Shown here: piece after piece, positions 57,586 to 64,000 of the stretch
Numbering within the stretch: position 1 is the first letter of the stretch
Layout: each line of letters opens with the position of its first letter
Assembly: GCF_000002075.1 (NCBI RefSeq)
Contig: NW_004797607.1
Coordinates: 274,289-338,288, forward strand
Direction of reading: 5' to 3'
From: Aplysia californica
Lineage: Eukaryota
DNA length: 64,000 bases
Made by a program: the position numbers and the translations under genes
The notes under the pieces: generated by a model
What the model saw: the letters and a program-made list of their open reading frames with translations, nothing else
Databases searched by the model: none
Told to the model about the DNA's origin: nothing

Positions 57586-57675
57586 GTGTACAGCGAGATT
57601 ATATTTTGTCGGGTTTGTAAGGTAAAAGTTTCACCGTGATAACGCATAGGCCAAAAGACAGTCAAAACCAAGTCA

Positions 57676-58140
57676 GTGGGTGGTTGGCGGGTGCTCTGGT
57701 GTGGTTTGCTCCTTCTTTCCTATGAAACATCTATCGTCCTCATCTCCCCTTNNNNNNNNNNNNNNNNNNNNNNNNNNNNNNNNNNNNNNNNNNNNNNNNN
57801 NNNNNNNNNNNNNNNNNNNNNNNNNNNNNNNNNNNNNNNNNNNNNNNNNNNTTCTTTTTTATGTTTGTTACTCTCTTGTAACACCTCTAATCTTCTGGCG
57901 CTCATATGACCTTATGCAGTTGCGAGCACCCTAAAACCTCTACTAAAACTAATACTAAAGTCAAGTCAATGTATTGCAAGGTTGGTTGGCGGGTGTTCTG
58001 GTGTGGTTCACTCCTTCTTTCCTATACTATGAAACATCTATCATCTTTATCTCTCCTCCTTCATCTCTTTGCATGTTACTGTCAAATAACACCTCCAAAC
58101 GTTGGCACTTATAAGGCCTAATTATGTTGCAAGTGTCGTT
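57676..58140 (+). mobile_element. Two adjacent retroposon family A copies (first spans a gap)
   Basis: GGTGGTTGGCGGGTGCTCTGGTGTGGTTTGCTCC head; shared tail; CAAGTCA direct repeat around the first copy. Confidence 0.8.
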
Positions 58141-58685
58141 TCTTTTACCAAGTGAGAACTCATAATGTGCTCCTAAGTATAGCATCGAGGGACATTCTCA
58201 ACTGGACATTTCTACCAAAATTGCAGAGTTTTGGTATATCCAAGTAGGGGAAAGTGACAGCAGAAAGTTGTTTGTTTTGTTTGTTTGTTTTTTGTTTTTA
58301 GGAGGGGTTGTGTTTGTTTTGTTGGGGTTTCTTTTTCATTAGTTTATTGCCAAACTAGACATGAAAATGTCATTTCAAAAACAGGCGCAGCTGTTATATT
58401 ATATATATATATATATATGGGATTTGGGGAGTATTTTATTTTACTCTTCATTGACGAATTATCCTGAACTGAAATTAAGACAGCTGGAAAAGTAAGATAC
58501 ACAGTTAATACCTGGGTGCTGGTCCACTTAATGATCTACCACATATGATGTTTCTGTTGTCATGATGATTAACCACCTCACCAGTCTGACAACTGTTCCA
58601 ATTGACGGTCTTCCAGTCAATTACAATCCCATATACTAAACATTTTCCCTCTGCTTTCATGCCCCCCCCCCCCCTAGGCTGTGCT

Positions 58686-59043
58686 ACTGATTGAGGTTGT
58701 CTTTATGCCATTCACAAAGGGGGGATATAAAAAGTAACATGTTCTTTCGCGCAGCGGAATTATAAGGGGTCTGATTTATCAACGCCATGCTCATACTGTG
58801 CCGCAACAACATAGGGGAAACTGGTGCTTTTTCTTTCCTCATCCTTACTACCCTCATTTTTAATCTTCTCTAATACTTTTGCATGTTTGTCACTCTCTTG
58901 TGAACTGCTATTCCGGGGTACCGTGATAGTCGAAGCAGACTTTATGCTGTTGAGGCTAGAGAGGTGAGCGTAGTAAGCCTGATTCCCCGTTCGGAATTCT
59001 CTGTTGACATCCATCCCTTGGCGCTCATATGACCTTATGCAGT
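58686..59043 (+). mobile_element. Retroposon family B copy, 3'-clipped
   Basis: Colinear with 57205-57545. Confidence 0.8.
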
Positions 59044-59325
59044 TAGGCTGTCATTGGTCGCAATTAAAAAAAAGTGGTGGCTGTGGGGTTTTTTTGTTGC
59101 TGTTGTTTTTTTTGTTTTTTTTGGGGGGGGGGGTTGGGGGGGGTATATGTTAAGTTGCCCCCCCCCCCTACCTTCCTCTCTTTGCTTTGGTAAATCATTG
59201 ATTTTGAAAAGCAGCCTTACGTTCCAATTAATTATTCCTGTGGTGCATCTCCGTCAAACTCCTCCCCCTCCCCCTCCCCCAGAAAAATAATAACAAACAT
59301 AACAATTTTATATTATTAACAATAC

Positions 59326-59342
59326 CAATAATAACAATAATG

Positions 59343-59396
<54 letters not shown>
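59326..59396. repeat. (AAT)n microsatellite
   Basis: Direct reading. Confidence 0.95.
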
Positions 59397-61122
59397 GGTC
59401 TAATATAAAAAAGGCATAACATGTAGGCATTATAATATATACTATAGGCCTATATATTGGGGAGATCGGGGAAGCCTCGGACACGGGGATATAATACTTC
59501 AGGCGCGTCATTTCTCGCTAAACTAAACTATTGAAAGTACGCATTTTTGTCACTAGATCACACAGTCTGTCGTTTGAAGTTTTGCTTGCTGTGCCTTTGC
59601 CACCTCACTCGGTGAAATCTTGCATCTACTGTGAATGAAATTGTGTTTTTGAAAAGGGTGCATCTTAGTTTTCACGCCTTAGTTTATAAGGTTTACACGT
59701 CACAATAGTGCACCGATCCTTTCCAAAAACCATGTGCTTTAGAGTGTGTCTGTTTCACGTCAAATTCATAAAATTAAACCTAGCTTTCATGAATTCTGTT
59801 TCATGAACATGTTTCCTACACTACGCCCATGTACGGTCGAGACTTCGCACAGAGGGTAGGGTGACTTCGTACACTGAAAGAAATCCTCTGACAACTAATG
59901 GAAGAGTAGTTGGAATCAGAGTTTCTACGAAAATTGAATCTTTAAAACGTATACGTGTTGTGTTCCCCAGACTGAATCATGTCAAGGAAATATAAAGCCC
60001 CAAAGAGAAAATCGATTTTTAGTTCACGAAAAACTCGCCATGCATGCACTTTGTCATCAGTGCGTTTTAGAGACACGACTATACTCGTTTGCGATAGCCC
60101 CATTTTTAAATGATCCTCTGGGGGAAAAAATACCCCTCGGAGTATTTGAAACTATGGGTATTTTGTTTTCTTAACCGAGGCATGAAAAATGAACGAGCTT
60201 ATTTAAGATTATATTAAACAATTCTGAAGGTGTATACGTCCAACAATATTTTGATAAGAGCTGGAACTGAAAACATCGAGTTGTGACACTGTTTTTGTTT
60301 TGTTTTTTTTGTTGCTGTTGTTGTTTTGTTGTTGTTGGGTGTTTGTTGTTTTGTTGGGGGGGGGGGGTTGGGGGGGTTGTTGTTGTTGTTTTGGTTTTTA
60401 TACACATGAAGATGTTTCCACACCTCATCGACACAATTATTTTGATCATTTAGGATGCAGACTTCGACCCTGCCTGTCACAGCCAATTTAACCCGGTCTG
60501 AGAGGTATATCATAAAGTCCCAGCAGAGAGGCCGAGAACAATCGATAGTAGTAATAATGTCCATTTGTGCTACGACGAAGCGGCTGTCAGTGGTCAGACT
60601 GCTACTCCAAACACGCCGATATGTTTATAAAGAGCGATACGATAGACGTTTTAAAATGGAGGGGGAAAAAAAGATGATGAAGTCGAAGAGACAGCGCTAG
60701 GGGCCTTACAGGTTTTCCTGTTACTATTTAAAGTAGGTATCCGACCCCGAACACGAAGTAACCCCTCTGCCAAGCTCTCCGTCTCTTCGAGGAGCGTCTT
60801 TTATTTATATAAACTATGCTCGTGGGCTAAAAATCCCAGTTCTATTTCTAGATCATGGTGATATCCATTAATGTGTTTACTTTGATAACATGCAAAGCAG
60901 CGATAAATTATGTGCATGGCACGTACCTAAGCCTAATTGTTAGATCTAAGATTTTAAAAAGGCCTGACCNNNNNNNNNNNNNNNNNNNNNNNNNNNNNNN
61001 NNNNNNNNNNNNNNNNNNNNNNNNNNNNNNNNNNNNNNNNNNNNNNNNNNNNNNNNNNNNNNNNNNNNNNNNNNNNNNNNNNNNNNNNNNNNNNNNNNNN
61101 NNNNNNNNNNNNNNNNNNNNNN

Positions 61123-61620
61123 GGCGCTCGCAACTGCATAAGGTCATATGAGCGCGCGGGACACACCTAATACTTTTAGTTGGTAGGAAATTTTGAATTT
61201 TGCCCGGGTTGCGGCCGAAGCCTACTCTTATCCTTTTTAGACCACCAAGGGATCTTTAACGTGCGCAACTTGCACACGGGCCCTCCGAGATTTTTCGCCT
61301 TTGTCCGAGAAGGCTAGGTGTAGATCTTTCCTACCAGAAGATCAGGGGTGTGGCAGAAAGACAGCTGTAAGAAGGAGTCAAGGAGTAGCAGTAGAAAGGC
61401 TGCAGAAAGAGTCAGGAGCCCAGAGGAGGGGGCAAAGGAGGTGAGGGGGTGGGGGCAGAAAGAGGAGACGAAAGCAGACTACAGAATATTGCTAGAGAGC
61501 AGGAAAGGAGGTGAAAGGAGACAATTTTAGAGAAAAAAAAATTTCGGTCGCTACCCGGATTCGAACCCGGGACCTTTGAATGAGAGGCCAACACCTTAAC
61601 CTCTAGGCCACGACAGCCCC
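61123..61620 (-). mobile_element. tRNA-derived SINE with Deu/Nin-like central domain and shared hairpin tail (young copy)
   Basis: Minus strand begins GGGGCTGTCGTGGCCTAGAGGTTAAGG (A box) ... GGTTCGAATCC (B box); body has GCACGTTAAAGATCCC...AAGAGTAGG; ends GCTCATATGACCTTATGCAGTTGCGAGCGCC at the gap. Confidence 0.85.
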
Positions 61621-61954
61621 CTATATATATATATATATATATATTAATATATATATATAGATAGATATATATATATAATATATATATANNNNNNNNNNNN
61701 NNNNNNNNNNNNNNNNNNNNNNNNNNNNNNNNNNNNNNNNNNNNNNNNNNNNNNNNNNNNNNNNNNNNNNNNNNNNNNNNNNNNNNNNTATATATAATTA
61801 TAGTAGCGCGTCAACCGGTGAAATAGTTTCTTATCAGCGTGATCCGGGTCGTGCAGATCATTGGTTGCTGACATAATACTGTTATTGTATTATTGTATCA
61901 TAATACAACCGTTGGTGTGGTGACACATGAGAGTCTTCATAACTTCATGTCAAC

Positions 61955-62575
61955 AAATTGAAGTTCAATTTATTGAGAGAAAGTTGCCATCGATCATTGC
62001 AAAAAAAAGGAGAAAAATCAATACAACGAAGGAAGAATGAAGGACCACAATACATAAGGAAGGACAAGAAAAAAAGTAAACATGAATAAATCAATAGAAA
62101 GTAAAGTAAAAAGAAAATTAAAGTTCAATTTACTTAGATCAATTTACATTGATCATTGCAAAATAAGAAGGAAAATCAATGCAACGAAGGAAGGATGAAG
62201 TAACATAATTCTGTAAAAGGATGGAAACAAGTGGGCATGAACAAAATCAGTAGAAAGTACATTTAATAATAAACTTCAATTTATTGAGAACAACTTGCCT
62301 TCCATCATTGCAAGAAAAGAAAAAATGCAATGCAATATAAAGGAAAAACGAAGGACCACATTAAGGCAGGAAAGGGGGAAAGTAAACATGAACAAAATCA
62401 ATAGAGAGTAAAGTAAATAACAAACTAAAGTTCAATTTATTTGAGAAAAAGTTTCCATCAATCATTGTAAAACAAAAAGCAAAGTCGAAGCAACGAAGGG
62501 ACGATGAAGGACCACAATAATGAGAGGAAGGAAACCAGCTGCATGAACAAAATCAATAGAAAATAAAAGCATAAC
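61955..62575. repeat. Diverged tandem repeat, about 155-bp period, about 4 copies
   Basis: AAGTTCAATTTA...GATCATTGCAAAA...CAACGAAGGAAG...CATGAACAAAATCAATAGA recurs near 61961, 62121, 62272, 62428. Confidence 0.85.
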
Positions 62576-63839
62576 AATATAGTAGATCTGAAGTGATATT
62601 TTCTAATTAAAAATAAACCGATAAACACGAGTAGGGTATGTAGCCTACTAACAGTGCAGATCACTTCTTAAGTGCTTAGATAGAAGGCAAAAAAACATAT
62701 ATACTTACATATAGTTTCAACGATTTGAACACTTTAAAATAGTCTGATGTGTAGGCTTATCTACGCCACAGTTAGTAAAGTTAAATACCTTTCTCAACTG
62801 AATGACAAAATCAAAAGCATAATGTGTCACTATGGACACGTAAAAATAATTCACAGCATCAACAAAAGAGTTGACGAAAATGAAGACCGTGAAAGGAAAA
62901 TGCAGTGCATTAAGGCGGCAAAGAAAAGATTCAACTTGTTCACAGGCATGCGTAAAACGTTGATCAATTAGGCAGGTTCCAATAAAATGTTTGATTATTC
63001 ACTACATGTTTTTACTAGGGTTTACAAACATAGTAGTCATAATTTTAAGAAATTGTGTAAAGACAGGTTTGATTCGTGGAGAGATTAATAAATTCAGCTA
63101 CCATAGAAGTAGATTCCAGTAATGTTAGAGCGATGGAACTAGCATGTAGGCTTTTTTTGTGAAGACAGTATAGGGTGTACATGTATTATTGTTGCTGCCA
63201 CCATGATAATGACAGTGCGCATGCTCCAGATGTCCAAAGGGCATCTTGCATCAACAATGAACAACAACAACAATAATAATAAAACAGCGGTATACGTTCA
63301 ATTTCGGTTTTAAAAATAACCACACAGAAAAACAAATTGGAACAGCTATCTAAATCACTAACTCGAAATGTTTGAATAACTGCCTCCATGCAGCTGACCT
63401 CCATATTATTAAAAGCCACGCCCACCTATCCACCAGCCAGGGTCGGACTGGGTTAGGCATGTGGACTCATATTAAATTCTTTTAGTAGGCCTACCTAGTA
63501 CCTTGTTATAGTAGGTCCATGTGCTAGGGACAGAAAAATACCAGTTTTGTAACTGTGTAAAAAAAAATTATTGTCTTTTGAGTCTACGCTTTTCCTTTCA
63601 CGTGAGTACTACGTTTACTATAAAAAGTAGGTTATGTTATATAAAGAGCGTTTTGGGGCTTAAATTAGTGTTCCCAACACCAACGTAAAAAGAAACCCTG
63701 AAAATTGGCGTTTTTTCCCCGACCACGTGGACAATTTTATTCTCTTCCTTTTTTTAAAAAATGACGCTTAAGTTTGCTTCGCCTCCACCCCCCCCCCCCC
63801 CCCCCCCCCCACACACACACACAACCACCACCGCCCCGC

Positions 63840-64000
63840 CACCTCCTCTTGGCTCCTGGTTCTTTTTGCCGCCTTTATTATACTGCTACTCATTGGCTCT
63901 TCCTAATGCTGTCTTTCAGCTACACCCCTGATCTTAGGGTAGGTAGGCTAAGATCAAACACCTAGCCTTCTAGGATAAGGGCAAAAAAATCTTGGAGTTC
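63840..64000 (+). mobile_element. Partial copy of the same SINE (cut by window end)
   Basis: CTGTCTTTCAGCTACACCCCTGATCT...CACCTAGCCTTCTAGGATAAGGGCAAAAAAATC matches 52890-52970. Confidence 0.75.

Noticed and set aside
61545-61620. tRNA gene on the minus strand
   Set aside because: The tRNA-like head runs into a SINE body and tail that recur at 52652 and 63840; stems are imperfect.

Overview
Eukaryotic (animal, probably an invertebrate such as a mollusc; the taxon is an inference) genomic DNA with four assembly gaps. Most of the window (3678-54163, + strand) is the 3' part of one intron-rich spectraplakin gene (MACF1/dystonin/Shot family). I could chain 53 GT-AG exons in consistent phase (8993 nt, about 2997 codons including the stop). 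They encode about 23-24 spectrin repeats, two EF hands, a GAR/GAS2 domain and a Ser/Arg-rich tail ending in an SxIP motif. The 5' part of the gene lies upstream of the window. After the stop come a probable long 3' UTR and a repeat-rich intergenic region. Most ORFs in the supplied track are intronic noise or exon read-throughs. The most interesting unexplained structure: (1) a set of frame-preserving candidate micro/cassette exons around the EF-hand/GAR module, mostly in one unusually long intron; (2) a 7-copy (S/T)GRRTP(D/E) peptide array plus two SxIP motifs inserted in the last spectrin repeat; (3) a TIR element whose target-site duplication copies a splice donor; (4) a minisatellite built from a splice acceptor; (5) three different retroposon heads sharing one hairpin 3' tail, which repeatedly ends just upstream of splice acceptors. 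No prokaryotic-type systems or CRISPR arrays are supported.
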